From a virus (lineage: Duplodnaviria > Caudoviricetes): a DNA stretch of 64,000 bases. The notes under the pieces are model-generated. The model ran no database searches. It was given only the letters and a program-made list of their open reading frames with translations, and had not been told where the DNA came from. Below, piece after piece: positions 9,954-19,387 of this stretch (its first letter is position 1; each line of letters begins with the position of its first letter). The stretch spans positions 181,518 through 245,517 of the IMG/VR virus record IMGVR_UViG_3300047321_000298; one strand, given 5' to 3'. The translations under genes were made by a program, and so were the position numbers.

Positions 9954-10874
9954 ATGGCAAAAATCCCACAGGCGTTTGCAAACGCACTCTCAAAGCAGAA
10001 AGCAGCACCCACCGTCTACGTCCCGCAGAAACCAGACGCGACGATGGAAGACATGATGGATTCCCATTCGGTCGGCACGATGTCTCAGGGTGTAGAGACA
10101 TTCGACGCTGAGCGGGAACCCGGAAAAATTCAGCAAATGAATAACCCGGACGGTGAAGAGCGCGGCAAGATGGATTTCGAAACCTGGCTGCCATTCGCAG
10201 CTAAGGTCTACAAGATCAGCCCGCGTATCGAAGACTACATCATCGTCAACACGCTGATCTGTCCTTCAGACATTCCGAACCGAAACGGTATTGCGTTCCC
10301 CGCGACCGAACTCGGACGTTTTCTCCCACCGCCGATGAATCGCATGGTTTACAAGGCGTGGGCCGGATGTCCCGTGCATCTGGAGCATGACAACGAAGTG
10401 CACGAAAAAGCGTACGGCGTGATTCTTGACGCAGCCTTGATGAAGGTTGCGGGTTTCGGTGGCGGAAAGCTCTGGAAGGTTATGGGGTTGCTCGCAATCG
10501 ATAAAAACAAGAATCCCGACATCGCTCAGCAAGTTCTCACACGAAAAATCAATACGTATTCGATGGGTGCACTGGTCGAGTCATTTACGTGTGGGTATTG
10601 CGGCGCTGAATGCGATTCCCGTTTCACTTGCGGTCACATCTCTTCTACAAAGAACGTCAACTGGAAGAAATACAGAGACTTTGACGGTTCTACACATCTC
10701 GCCTTTCTGAATGCGCACTCAATCTCTCCAATCGAATGCTCGATTGTGAAAGACCCTGCGTGGGCTCCTGCGCTTTCCGACACAGTCTATGACCCGTGGG
10801 CGCAAATTTCACAGGACACCAGTTCGGAAGTGTCGGATGCGTTGAGCGGCAAAGGTGCTACGCGCACTCTCTAG
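9954..10874 (+). CDS. prohead (capsid maturation) protease
   Basis: Upstream of scaffold, decoration and MCP; VHLEHD (putative catalytic His) and TYSMGA (putative catalytic Ser) fit HK97/herpes-type serine proteases; extra CGYC...CGH cluster. Confidence 0.65.
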   Translation: MAKIPQAFANALSKQKAAPTVYVPQKPDATMEDMMDSHSVGTMSQGVETFDAEREPGKIQQMNNPDGEERGKMDFETWLPFAAKVYKISPRIEDYIIVNTLICPSDIPNRNGIAFPATELGRFLPPPMNRMVYKAWAGCPVHLEHDNEVHEKAYGVILDAALMKVAGFGGGKLWKVMGLLAIDKNKNPDIAQQVLTRKINTYSMGALVESFTCGYCGAECDSRFTCGHISSTKNVNWKKYRDFDGSTHLAFLNAHSISPIECSIVKDPAWAPALSDTVYDPWAQISQDTSSEVSDALSGKGATRTL

Positions 10875-10930
10875 TTTTATGACGTGTAGATTCCTCTGGT
10901 GAAGATCACACAATCCAAAGTGAGGACAAT

Positions 10931-12511
10931 ATGGCAATCTTGAAGAAGGAAAAGGTGATCGCTCGCGAATCAACGAGCACGCACTTTCCAAATGAAACAA
11001 CTCAGGCACCGCTCGATTCGGATCAGGCAGCGCTGAATCACCAAACGTCAAATACGTTGATCGATCCGGAGGACTTCGAAGGCGGTTCTACTCACTTCAA
11101 AAATGAAGAAGAGTACAACGACAATTCGAAGCGTCAAAACGCAAGCGCAAAGCAGCGTCTCGCCGCAGCGAAGACTCCGAAGCATCCGGGCATCGTTCCG
11201 CTTGCCAAGGAATCGGCAAAGAAGCATCCGGCAAAGACGAAAGCCGGTCTGGACGAAAGCGATTCGACGGGTGAAAGCGATCCGGATTTCGTGCAGGACG
11301 CAGGTGACGAAGTTCTGGAAGCTGATGCAGATTTCGGCGCTACGGGTGAACCGGAATCGGGTCTGCAAGATACGCAGCACCTTCCGAACACCGAAGACCC
11401 GGCTGCTGGCTATCTGCAAGTTGGTTCGGAAGGTGATCTGTCCGGTACTGAACTGGAAGGCGGTGACAACCCGCAATCAGGTCTCGAAGCTCCGCAAGCA
11501 GTGGAAGCCGATGATCTGGACGCTGACGGCGTTCAGGACGTTGTCGATGAGTTCGATGACCAACCGGCCGCTGCTCCGATGGAAGGCACCGATCTGATCG
11601 ATGACGAAGAAATCGAGCAAGCTGCGGGCCCCGCACCGGAAGACATGGCCATTCTTGACGTTGATGGCGCAGACGACGAGTCGGACGATGTTGTGTTCGC
11701 GAATGTCGGCACGTCGGTCAAGGTCATCAAGGCCAATCGCATCATCGCTTCGATGAGCAAAAAGGTCGCTGTCAAAGCCGGTCACGCGGATGTGTATCTG
11801 GGCGATCAGTTCCAGGAAGTCACAGCAGTCGAAATGTCGAAGCACGGCGTTCGCGCTGGTCTGCAAAAGATGGGCTTCGTTCTGGCTACCGTGAATCTGG
11901 GCAAAGCAGACGTGCTGAACAAGCGCGTTGAAGCGAAAGCCTCGAAGCTCACGGCCGGTGTGCGTGCCCAACACGCTGAAGCTCTGGCATCGATGGATCA
12001 GTGTCTGGCTATCGCATCTGTCGGTATCACGAAGGGCTACTTCAAGGGCGTCAGCAACGAACTGAGCGCCGCTCTCGAAGACGAACTGTCGGCTGCTGGT
12101 GTGCGCGGTGCAAAGGGCATGCTCAAGCGCGTATTCGCATCGAAGGGTGTGGATTTCGCAAAGGCAATCCTCGCGCAAGCCACGAAGCTCTCCGCTCTGT
12201 CGGAAGACGTTCGCAATCAACACGCAGCGGCTCTCGATATGGTCTCTGAAGAAGGCATGGACGAATCTACGGATGACTCCGACAACCTCTTCGGTGATTC
12301 AGCGAGTCCCGACTTCCAAAGCGAGTTGAACGGCAGCGATGACGAGTTCGTTGACGGCTTCGAAGGCGATTCGCATGCACCGGAAACTGTGCACGCTGCG
12401 CTGATGCGTCCGGCAACCCGCGTTCGTCATGAAGTGTCCGCAAAAGCTGCTGGCTATTCGACGGATGTTCAAGCAGTTCTCGCTGGCAAGCTCCCGTTCG
12501 GCTTCCAGTAA
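10931..12511 (+). CDS. capsid scaffolding/prohead core protein
   Basis: Very acidic, low-complexity plus helical 526 aa between protease and capsid genes. Confidence 0.65.
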   Translation: MAILKKEKVIARESTSTHFPNETTQAPLDSDQAALNHQTSNTLIDPEDFEGGSTHFKNEEEYNDNSKRQNASAKQRLAAAKTPKHPGIVPLAKESAKKHPAKTKAGLDESDSTGESDPDFVQDAGDEVLEADADFGATGEPESGLQDTQHLPNTEDPAAGYLQVGSEGDLSGTELEGGDNPQSGLEAPQAVEADDLDADGVQDVVDEFDDQPAAAPMEGTDLIDDEEIEQAAGPAPEDMAILDVDGADDESDDVVFANVGTSVKVIKANRIIASMSKKVAVKAGHADVYLGDQFQEVTAVEMSKHGVRAGLQKMGFVLATVNLGKADVLNKRVEAKASKLTAGVRAQHAEALASMDQCLAIASVGITKGYFKGVSNELSAALEDELSAAGVRGAKGMLKRVFASKGVDFAKAILAQATKLSALSEDVRNQHAAALDMVSEEGMDESTDDSDNLFGDSASPDFQSELNGSDDEFVDGFEGDSHAPETVHAALMRPATRVRHEVSAKAAGYSTDVQAVLAGKLPFGFQ

Positions 12512-12593
12512 AGAGTAGTTCTAGGGGCTTAGTCCCCTAGTTCTTCTCCGCGCAGTACTCGCCTCACACCCCTCCGCAGCAAATCCCCAATTC

Positions 12594-12603
12594 GTAATTT
12601 CAT
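12594..12603 (+). promoter_or_regulatory. late promoter-like motif S(T/C)AATTTSA(T/G)
   Basis: Similar copies at 1961, 8972, 20532 (+) and 55745 (-), all upstream of structural-type genes. Confidence 0.45.
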
Positions 12604-12669
12604 CGTTGCAGAGACGCGCTGCTGGTTCAGCGCGTGTCTTGACGCACGAATCCAATATGGAGAAACAAA

Positions 12670-13365
12670 ATGTCTTTTTACTTGCCGTTCACTAAGGCTG
12701 AACAAAGCACGGAAATGATCGTTGCCCCGGGCGCGCAGTTCTACGCCGAAGGTCAAGTTGCGGTCACGACTCAAGGTGCAACTTCAGCAGGCGTTCAGCC
12801 GTCAACTGGTGCCGCGACTGACGTGTTCGCTGGTTTCGTGTTTGCCGGTACGTCAGCCGCTCCGTTCAGCGAAACCTACTACAACAAGGTCGAACAGTTC
12901 ACGGTACCCGCAACGGGCATCGTCACGCTGTCGCTCACGCCGCTCGCCGGTCAAGTGTTCGTGTACGACAACACGACCAAGGCCGTTGCTGCGGGCGCAA
13001 CGGTTTCAGGTCAGAACGTTTCAGGTCTGACTGCCGGTGACACGGTCACGGTCACCTACAAGTACGCACTCACCGTCATCCAAGCACGCGCCCTGTTCGG
13101 TGACGTTCAGCCGGGTGGCTACATCGGCAACTACGTGGGCCAAATCGGTGTGATCACGCGCGGCACGGTGTGGACCTCGGAATTCGACGCGTCGAAGAAC
13201 TGGGCCGCTGCTGGTGGCTCTGCTTCCACGCAACTCGTGGCAGTCGCAAACGGCCAAGTGTCGCTCGGCACGCCGGGTACGACCGGTGTCGCAATCCCGG
13301 GTTACGTGAAGGGTGTTCCGGGTCAAGACACGCCGTTCCTCGGCATCACCTTCTCAGCCCCGTAA
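12670..13365 (+). CDS. head decoration/capsid-stabilising protein
   Basis: Beta-rich 231 aa directly upstream of MCP, strongly biased codon usage, GGAG RBS. Confidence 0.6.
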   Translation: MSFYLPFTKAEQSTEMIVAPGAQFYAEGQVAVTTQGATSAGVQPSTGAATDVFAGFVFAGTSAAPFSETYYNKVEQFTVPATGIVTLSLTPLAGQVFVYDNTTKAVAAGATVSGQNVSGLTAGDTVTVTYKYALTVIQARALFGDVQPGGYIGNYVGQIGVITRGTVWTSEFDASKNWAAAGGSASTQLVAVANGQVSLGTPGTTGVAIPGYVKGVPGQDTPFLGITFSAP

Positions 13366-13446
13366 TCAACACGCGGCTTCTTTGATTTAGCGGGAGTTCA
13401 TTAGTTCGGACTCCCGCTGATTAAACCAAACAAAACGGAGTATCAA

Positions 13447-14532
13447 ATGCGTAATAAGGTTGAAGTCCGCGCGGCTAAGACGCCGATGGTTGCGGCATCG
13501 GAATATAAGTTTGCGAACTCAGGTGAGCGCGCAATCGGTTCGAACGGTGAAATCAACGCGTCGTCAAAGCGCGACCTGATCAACCGCCAGATGGAATTCC
13601 TCGCAGCTTCGAGCCGTCGTGAAGTTGTGGCTGACCCGGTGTTCGCTGCTGCTGAAACGAACGAAAAGCTGCACAAGGAACTGATCCAGGCAGCGTTCAA
13701 CGACCGTGAAGCTCACCGCGTTCTGGGTGAACGTATGGCTGATTCGCTGTACATCACTGCGAACCGTCAAGGCTTCATGCGCAAGTACACGACCAAGATC
13801 ACGGTCGAACAAGGCGCAATCGTTCGCTTCCCGCTGAAGAACAAGAACGTGACGGCTGTGTGGTCAACCAGCCCGACCAAGATTCAGTCACAGATCACAC
13901 GTGACAAGTGGTTCACTCCGCCGGAACTGCAGGTTGTGACCCGCCCGTTCATTCCGATGAACGAAATCAACCAGTCGGCCGGTGACGTGCTTCAAGAGAA
14001 ATACGTCGAAGCAACCGAAGCCATCATGGTGTCGGAAGACCGCCTCTGGTACCAACTGGTCAACGAAATCGTTGGCGTGGACAATCCGCTGTCGATCATC
14101 TCCGGTCAGTTGACCCCGTACACGTTTGCTCAGGTGATGACGAACGTGACGCGTTGGGGCCTGAAGGCACCGCACGTGCTCATCGCTACCGACATCTACC
14201 AGGACATCATCGGCAACTCGGACTTCTTCACGGCAATCGATCCGGTTGCACGTCACGAACTCCTGCTGACCGGCGAACTGGGCGTTCTCTACGGTTGCAC
14301 GATCACTTCGGATGCATACCGTCACCCGGAACACAAGGTGCTGAACCAAGGTGAGTTCTTCGTGATTTCGGATGCACTGAATCACGGCGCTTACTCGGAT
14401 CGCGGTGGCCTGCAATCGCAGCCTATCGATATCTCGGTGGAACGCATTCCGGGCCGTGGCTGGGTGATGTTCGAATCGCTGGCAGTCAGCGTGTCGAACA
14501 GCCGCTCGGTTGCTAAGGGCTACCGCATCTAA
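13447..14532 (+). CDS. major capsid protein (HK97 fold)
   Basis: 361 aa, position after protease/scaffold/decoration, strong codon bias, terminator downstream; DVLQEKYVEATEAIMVSEDR resembles the HK97 spine helix. Confidence 0.85.
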   Translation: MRNKVEVRAAKTPMVAASEYKFANSGERAIGSNGEINASSKRDLINRQMEFLAASSRREVVADPVFAAAETNEKLHKELIQAAFNDREAHRVLGERMADSLYITANRQGFMRKYTTKITVEQGAIVRFPLKNKNVTAVWSTSPTKIQSQITRDKWFTPPELQVVTRPFIPMNEINQSAGDVLQEKYVEATEAIMVSEDRLWYQLVNEIVGVDNPLSIISGQLTPYTFAQVMTNVTRWGLKAPHVLIATDIYQDIIGNSDFFTAIDPVARHELLLTGELGVLYGCTITSDAYRHPEHKVLNQGEFFVISDALNHGAYSDRGGLQSQPIDISVERIPGRGWVMFESLAVSVSNSRSVAKGYRI

Positions 14533-14547
14533 TCGGGCGTTGTTGTT

Positions 14548-14581
14548 CGGGGCTGTTCTGCAAATCAGACAGCCCCGTTTC
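14548..14581 (+). terminator. intrinsic terminator after MCP
   Basis: cggggctgt...acagccccg-ttt. Confidence 0.6.
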
Positions 14582-14610
14582 AATGACACCGCACACAGAG
14601 GAAACAGATC

Positions 14611-15015
14611 ATGAAGACTTACAACCGTGCGCTCGATAACATGGCGCTCGCCGCAAACCACTACCTCGAAGGCAACGAAATCGTTGCTGCTGCTTTCTTC
14701 ATGAAAGCCGCTCAATCGCCGGACGTGGCCCAAGCAATCGCCATCATCGAAGCATCGAACGCGCAAGCGTACGCAGCAGCTTCGGTCAAGACGGAAGCCA
14801 CAGCTAAGGCTCCGGTGAAGGCTTCGAAGAAGCAGATCACCGCATCAGAGCGCAAGCAACTCGCAGCACTCGTCGGCGCTGACGTGGTGAACGCTGAATT
14901 CGGTGAAGAGCCGGTGGGCGAACCCGAAGCAGTGGAAGACGAAGCAGTGGAAGTGGAAGACGAACAGCCGTCGTTCGCTCAAGCACTCGCCGCGCTGAAG
15001 AAGTCGCAGAAGTAA
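14611..15015 (+). CDS. Ala-rich hypothetical protein (possible internal head protein)
   Basis: 134 aa, GAGG RBS, several hydrophobic-x-A sites (VKAS, ITAS, VNAE). Confidence 0.65.
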   Translation: MKTYNRALDNMALAANHYLEGNEIVAAAFFMKAAQSPDVAQAIAIIEASNAQAYAAASVKTEATAKAPVKASKKQITASERKQLAALVGADVVNAEFGEEPVGEPEAVEDEAVEVEDEQPSFAQALAALKKSQK

Positions 15016-15061
15016 AACCGGTCGCCAAATGGTTTGATACAGGCCGCTTTTGGCGGGCGAC

Positions 15062-15098
15062 AAAAAGCCTGATCGGTTTGCTCCGATCAGGCTTTTTT
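15062..15098 (+). terminator. intrinsic terminator
   Basis: aaaaagcctgatcgg...ccgatcaggcttttt. Confidence 0.75.
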
Positions 15099-15130
15099 CG
15101 TTTCTGCGACCTACTTTTAGGCTCACGTCT

Positions 15131-15805
15131 ATGCGATCTACCGAAATTCAACCGATTGAGTTTTTGATTTTCGCCGGATTTCAGCAGCGCTTCGAGCAAG
15201 TGTTTGGCTGCGCCAAATGTGCGTTCATAAATGCTAACGATAAGACAAAGATTCTCCAGCGCCTATTTGGCGAGGGCAAGCCTTTGACTTACCCGTATGC
15301 GTTCTTTGAGATTTCGAAGATCGGTGCAAATACCGACTCATACAACTCACATGCATTAGGCCGTCGCGGTATTCCAGTGAACGTACGTACAGATCAGACG
15401 GTGCAAACGGTACGCGTGATGCCTGTGAATTTCGATCTGGAAATCACGTACGTAACTGACAAGTTCCAGTCGGTAGAGCAGGGCTCTGTACTGGCGTTTG
15501 TTCGCAGATGGCTTCTTGCAAGGCGCTTTGGATATCTGAAGTCGTCCGTGAATTACGGACGCCTGCAATTCGGCATCAACGTAACGATGGGAGAAGACGT
15601 ACAGATTCCATCGAGAGAGAACATCACTGAAGCCGAAGTCTCGTACCAAATGCAGATGAGCGCGACGATTCACGGCTTTATAAGCGAACCGATCCTCTCT
15701 GAAATAGGAAAGGTCGATCAGTTTAATGTAAATGGCCAGGTAGGCGGAGTAAACGGCCAAATAGTAAGTACTCAATTCTTCGCTTTTCCTGATCAAGGAG
15801 GTTAA
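15131..15805 (+). CDS. putative tail-completion/sheath terminator protein
   Basis: Between head and sheath genes; start moved to ATG 15131 because the longer ORF overlaps the terminator. Confidence 0.5.
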   Translation: MRSTEIQPIEFLIFAGFQQRFEQVFGCAKCAFINANDKTKILQRLFGEGKPLTYPYAFFEISKIGANTDSYNSHALGRRGIPVNVRTDQTVQTVRVMPVNFDLEITYVTDKFQSVEQGSVLAFVRRWLLARRFGYLKSSVNYGRLQFGINVTMGEDVQIPSRENITEAEVSYQMQMSATIHGFISEPILSEIGKVDQFNVNGQVGGVNGQIVSTQFFAFPDQGG

Positions 15806-15810
15806 AAGTC

Positions 15811-16110
15811 ATGGCTACTTTAGTCATAAATGTAAGCCGTGTACCGCAACAGGTTGGGCTGATCCTGTCGAATGGGGAGAAGTCGTATTCGCGAGTCATG
15901 GCCCGCAGTCGTGCACAGCTTCAAGACGGTGCGACAGTCGATCCGCACTGGCTCGCAATGAATCCGGGTGTGGTGAAAATCACAGAGGTTCAACAGCCTG
16001 CGGTCGCGCAAGCAAAGACCAACGCATCAAAACCAGCAGTGTCTGTAGCTACACAGACTGCAACGACAAATACGGCAGAGACCGTCGCTAGCGATACGGG
16101 AGTCGAATAA
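15811..16110 (+). CDS. hypothetical protein
   Basis: 99 aa, GGAGG RBS, overlaps the sheath start (TAATG). Confidence 0.7.
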   Translation: MATLVINVSRVPQQVGLILSNGEKSYSRVMARSRAQLQDGATVDPHWLAMNPGVVKITEVQQPAVAQAKTNASKPAVSVATQTATTNTAETVASDTGVE

Positions 16111-18047
16111 TGACGATCTCCGCTAATCAGTCATCAAAAGTTATCACGCAAGAAATCAACCTGTCGCAAGTCGTTACTTCGGCTTCAACGTCAGTCGTTG
16201 CACAAGTCGTGGTGTCGAAGCAGGGTTCCACGTCCCCGATGCTGTTCACGAACGCTCAGGACTATCTGGCGCAGTACGGAAACCCCAACGCTGCAATCTC
16301 GTTTGACGTGTATTGCGCGCTGGACTACTTCAAGCAGGGCAATCAGTTGTGGGCTTTGCGCGTAGCGGGTGCCGGGGCCCTGTACTCGTCAGTGCTGATG
16401 TGGACGGACGGCAACCTGACGTACCTGACGCCGATTACTGCTGGCGTCACCGATCCGACTCAACCAGATTGGGCAGCGTTGCTCCCTGCGGGCACCGGCC
16501 ACGAAGCTATCGCCTTGTTCTATCCCGCGATGGGTCCTGGCTCATATGCGGACAACTACGCAATATCGATTGCGTCATCGAACATTGCGACGCCTTCAGG
16601 TCTGGCGCTGGCTTCGAGCAATACAGGCGGAGTACTTCCCTCAGCAACATACGAGTATCAAGTATCGGCTGTGGGTGCGAACGGTGAGACTCTCGTTTCG
16701 CAGCCTGTGCAGATCGTGATTGCGGGTCCGCAAGTAACGAACAGTGTGACGTTGTCGTGGAATAACGTACCGCTCGCTCAGGGCTACAACATCTACGGCC
16801 GCACTGCTTCGGGGGTCGGCTACATCACGCAGGTTGGACAAGGAACGCTGACGTTCACGGACACAGGCGCGATCACTGTCAACACGAACAAGCAGCCCCT
16901 CGTGTCGCCTGCCGATCTGGAAGCACCGAATCCAGTGTTCACGGTTTCAGTGTTCAACACGGCACAAAGCTCCACATACCCAGTTGAGCAGTTCGATTGC
17001 TCGCTCGAAGACAACACAGATTCGACCGGTCTGGAAACTGAGCTTGAACAACGTATCAATCCGTTCTCGCAATTCATCCAGGTCACGTCGAACGTTCCGG
17101 CGCTCACATCAGCACCGGCTGTTGATTCGGTGGTTACAACGAACCTGGCTGGCGGCAACTCAGGTGCGGCTCCCACGTCAACCGACGTTGCTGGCGCATG
17201 GGACACGTTCTCGAACAAGCAACTGTATGCAGTGAACATCCTGCTGAACTCTGGGCATGCATCGCCAGATGTGCAGTTGGCGATGGACTCACTGGCTCAG
17301 CGTCGTGGTGACTGCGTGGCGCTCCTTGACGTGCCCTCAGCATCACAGAAGTTCCAGCAGGCAATCAACTATCGCAATCTCCAGTTGAACCTGAACTCAA
17401 CGTATAGCGCGCTGTTCTCGCCGGACGTTCTGGAAGCTGACACGATCAACGGCAAGCAGCAATACGTGCCGTTCTCAGGTCAGGCCGCTGCACGCTGCGC
17501 ATATACCGATTCAGTTGCTAACCCCAGCTTCTCGATTGCTGGTCTGAATCGCGGGCTGCTGGATGTTCTGGGTACGCGCTATACGTACGATGCGGGCCAA
17601 ATGGATGCGTTGTTCCAGGCTCAGGTGAACTACACGCAAACGTTCGTTGGTCAGGGTACCGCACTCTGGGAACAACAGACGATGGCCGCAGAAATGTCGG
17701 CGCTGTCGTGGGTATCAGTTCGCCGGATCGTCAACGTGATGAAGGTCGCGCTCTACAAGTTCCTGTTGTATTCGCTGCAGGAGCCGAACGACGACTTCCT
17801 TGGCCGTCAGATCGTTAGCTCATGTTCGGACTATCTCCAAACCATTCAGAACGCACGCGGCATCTCAGCGTTCTCGGTGGTGTCCGACACGAGCAATAAC
17901 ACGGCTCAGGACTTCAACACGGGCGTGCGTAACGTCACCGTGATCATCATCCCGACGATCCCGACGCACATCATCAACCTGCAAGTTGTGATTTCGCAGC
18001 AGGGCGTTTCGTTCACTGAAGCGCTTTCGCAGGTGAGCCCTGGTTAG
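16110..18047 (+). CDS. contractile tail sheath protein
   Basis: 645 aa; C-terminal SVRRIVN..K...EPNDD...VVSDTSNNT..D motifs typical of T4 gp18-like sheaths. Confidence 0.93.
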   Translation: MTISANQSSKVITQEINLSQVVTSASTSVVAQVVVSKQGSTSPMLFTNAQDYLAQYGNPNAAISFDVYCALDYFKQGNQLWALRVAGAGALYSSVLMWTDGNLTYLTPITAGVTDPTQPDWAALLPAGTGHEAIALFYPAMGPGSYADNYAISIASSNIATPSGLALASSNTGGVLPSATYEYQVSAVGANGETLVSQPVQIVIAGPQVTNSVTLSWNNVPLAQGYNIYGRTASGVGYITQVGQGTLTFTDTGAITVNTNKQPLVSPADLEAPNPVFTVSVFNTAQSSTYPVEQFDCSLEDNTDSTGLETELEQRINPFSQFIQVTSNVPALTSAPAVDSVVTTNLAGGNSGAAPTSTDVAGAWDTFSNKQLYAVNILLNSGHASPDVQLAMDSLAQRRGDCVALLDVPSASQKFQQAINYRNLQLNLNSTYSALFSPDVLEADTINGKQQYVPFSGQAAARCAYTDSVANPSFSIAGLNRGLLDVLGTRYTYDAGQMDALFQAQVNYTQTFVGQGTALWEQQTMAAEMSALSWVSVRRIVNVMKVALYKFLLYSLQEPNDDFLGRQIVSSCSDYLQTIQNARGISAFSVVSDTSNNTAQDFNTGVRNVTVIIIPTIPTHIINLQVVISQQGVSFTEALSQVSPG

Positions 18048-18059
18048 TAGACCGAAGTA

Positions 18060-18085
18060 GGGTGCCAGAAAATCGGCACCCTTTT
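18060..18085 (+). terminator. intrinsic terminator after sheath
   Basis: gggtgcc-agaaaatc-ggcaccc-tttt. Confidence 0.6.
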
Positions 18086-18098
18086 CAGAGGAAAAACT

Positions 18099-18548
18099 AT
18101 GAAGCTTAAAGCATCAACCAGATTGCTCGCGGATTCTCCCGTCATCGCGCCGTCTGATTCGTTCAGAGACGAGAACAAAGAGCAGTTGAAGGATCGCCAG
18201 TCTGAGAGCCGGAAGACCGAAAAGACGGATAGCGGCAGCCCTTCAACCGAAGCCTCATCTACTGCGGTTTCTCAGGGTTCGCAGGCACTGCCTCAAACCG
18301 AAAGCACCTATGCGCGGCTCATCCAATCCGGAGCAGAGGACGACCCTCTCACGATGGATATGGAGGACGCGTGTACGGCTGGCGACACATCGGACGGTTA
18401 CGTACCGAACTCAGAAACGGGTTTCGAGCTAGAGGGTCCGGACGTGGATGAGAACTACCTGAACGTAAGGGGCTGCTCGACAGAGGACGAACTGCTGGCT
18501 GACGCGGACCCGACCCTGTGGAACAACGCCGAACAGCCGATGGGGTGA
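18099..18548 (+). CDS. leader-motif protein (putative internal virion protein), acidic
   Basis: N-terminus MKLKASTRLLA; GAGG RBS. Confidence 0.65.
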   Translation: MKLKASTRLLADSPVIAPSDSFRDENKEQLKDRQSESRKTEKTDSGSPSTEASSTAVSQGSQALPQTESTYARLIQSGAEDDPLTMDMEDACTAGDTSDGYVPNSETGFELEGPDVDENYLNVRGCSTEDELLADADPTLWNNAEQPMG

Positions 18549-18551
18549 GGG

Positions 18552-18848
18552 ATGAAACTCAACGCGATGTACCGGCTACTCGCACTTTCTGCGCTGGATC
18601 ATGCGCGAAACGTGGAGAAGCTATTCGACACCCTGAGGTCACGCCATATGAGCGTTGTCCTCAACAAGACCGATTACACCATCGGATTCAGATCGGACAC
18701 CGAACAAGTGCTCCGGGCGCTAGGGCTCATGGGCTTTCGCAAAAACGGCACCAGCCACAACGGAATGATGCTCTCAGACGGGCATCAGGAAATCCGTTTG
18801 TTTGAACCACGCGAAGGCTGGCCCCCAATCGCACAGCTTCTACATTAA
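18552..18848 (+). CDS. leader-motif protein
   Basis: N-terminus MKLNAMYRLLA. Confidence 0.65.
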   Translation: MKLNAMYRLLALSALDHARNVEKLFDTLRSRHMSVVLNKTDYTIGFRSDTEQVLRALGLMGFRKNGTSHNGMMLSDGHQEIRLFEPREGWPPIAQLLH

Positions 18849-18860
18849 AGGAATTCAGTT

Positions 18861-19367
18861 ATGTCACGGACAAGTTTGTTTGATGTCGAGAGCGTAGCCG
18901 ATCCGGCGCAGTCGTGGAACTTCGATATGTTCCTGCCAGCGATTCCCGGTTCGTCAGATACGCGAGCTTTGACGTGGAAGTGCATGACCTCAGCGCTGCC
19001 AGGTTTCGGCTTCGACAACGTTGAGGTTCCACTTCACGGAATCGTCCTGAACTATGCGGGCCGCAAGACGTTCACGCATACGTTCAACTCAACATTCATG
19101 GAAGCATCAGATTGGTCAACGCGTTCGCAGTTCTACGCGTGGTCAGAATCAATGCGTTCGTGGATTAACAACAGCGGAACATTCGCATCAGCCTACAAGG
19201 TCAACGCTCAACTCGTTGTGTACAACGATCTGCCACAGGTCTCGCGCACGATCAACGTGATGGGTATGTGGCCTGCTGAAGTTGCAGACGTTGAGCTGGA
19301 CGGCGGCGCTTCGAACCTCATTTCACTCAATATCACTTGGCGCTTCGACTATCTCCAAGATACCTGA
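18861..19367 (+). CDS. tail tube protein (T4 gp19-like)
   Basis: 168 aa near the sheath gene; SALPG...VEVPLHG..LNYAGRKTF...FME and G.WP..V..VELD motifs of gp19-like tubes. Confidence 0.88.
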   Translation: MSRTSLFDVESVADPAQSWNFDMFLPAIPGSSDTRALTWKCMTSALPGFGFDNVEVPLHGIVLNYAGRKTFTHTFNSTFMEASDWSTRSQFYAWSESMRSWINNSGTFASAYKVNAQLVVYNDLPQVSRTINVMGMWPAEVADVELDGGASNLISLNITWRFDYLQDT

Positions 19368-19387
19368 TGCGCGACTCCGGAGTCTAT

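Noticed and set aside
14611-14640. N-terminus MKTYNRAL resembles the T4 capsid-targeting sequence MKTYQEFIAE
   Set aside because: Only four residues match and the FxxE cleavage part is absent; likely coincidence.
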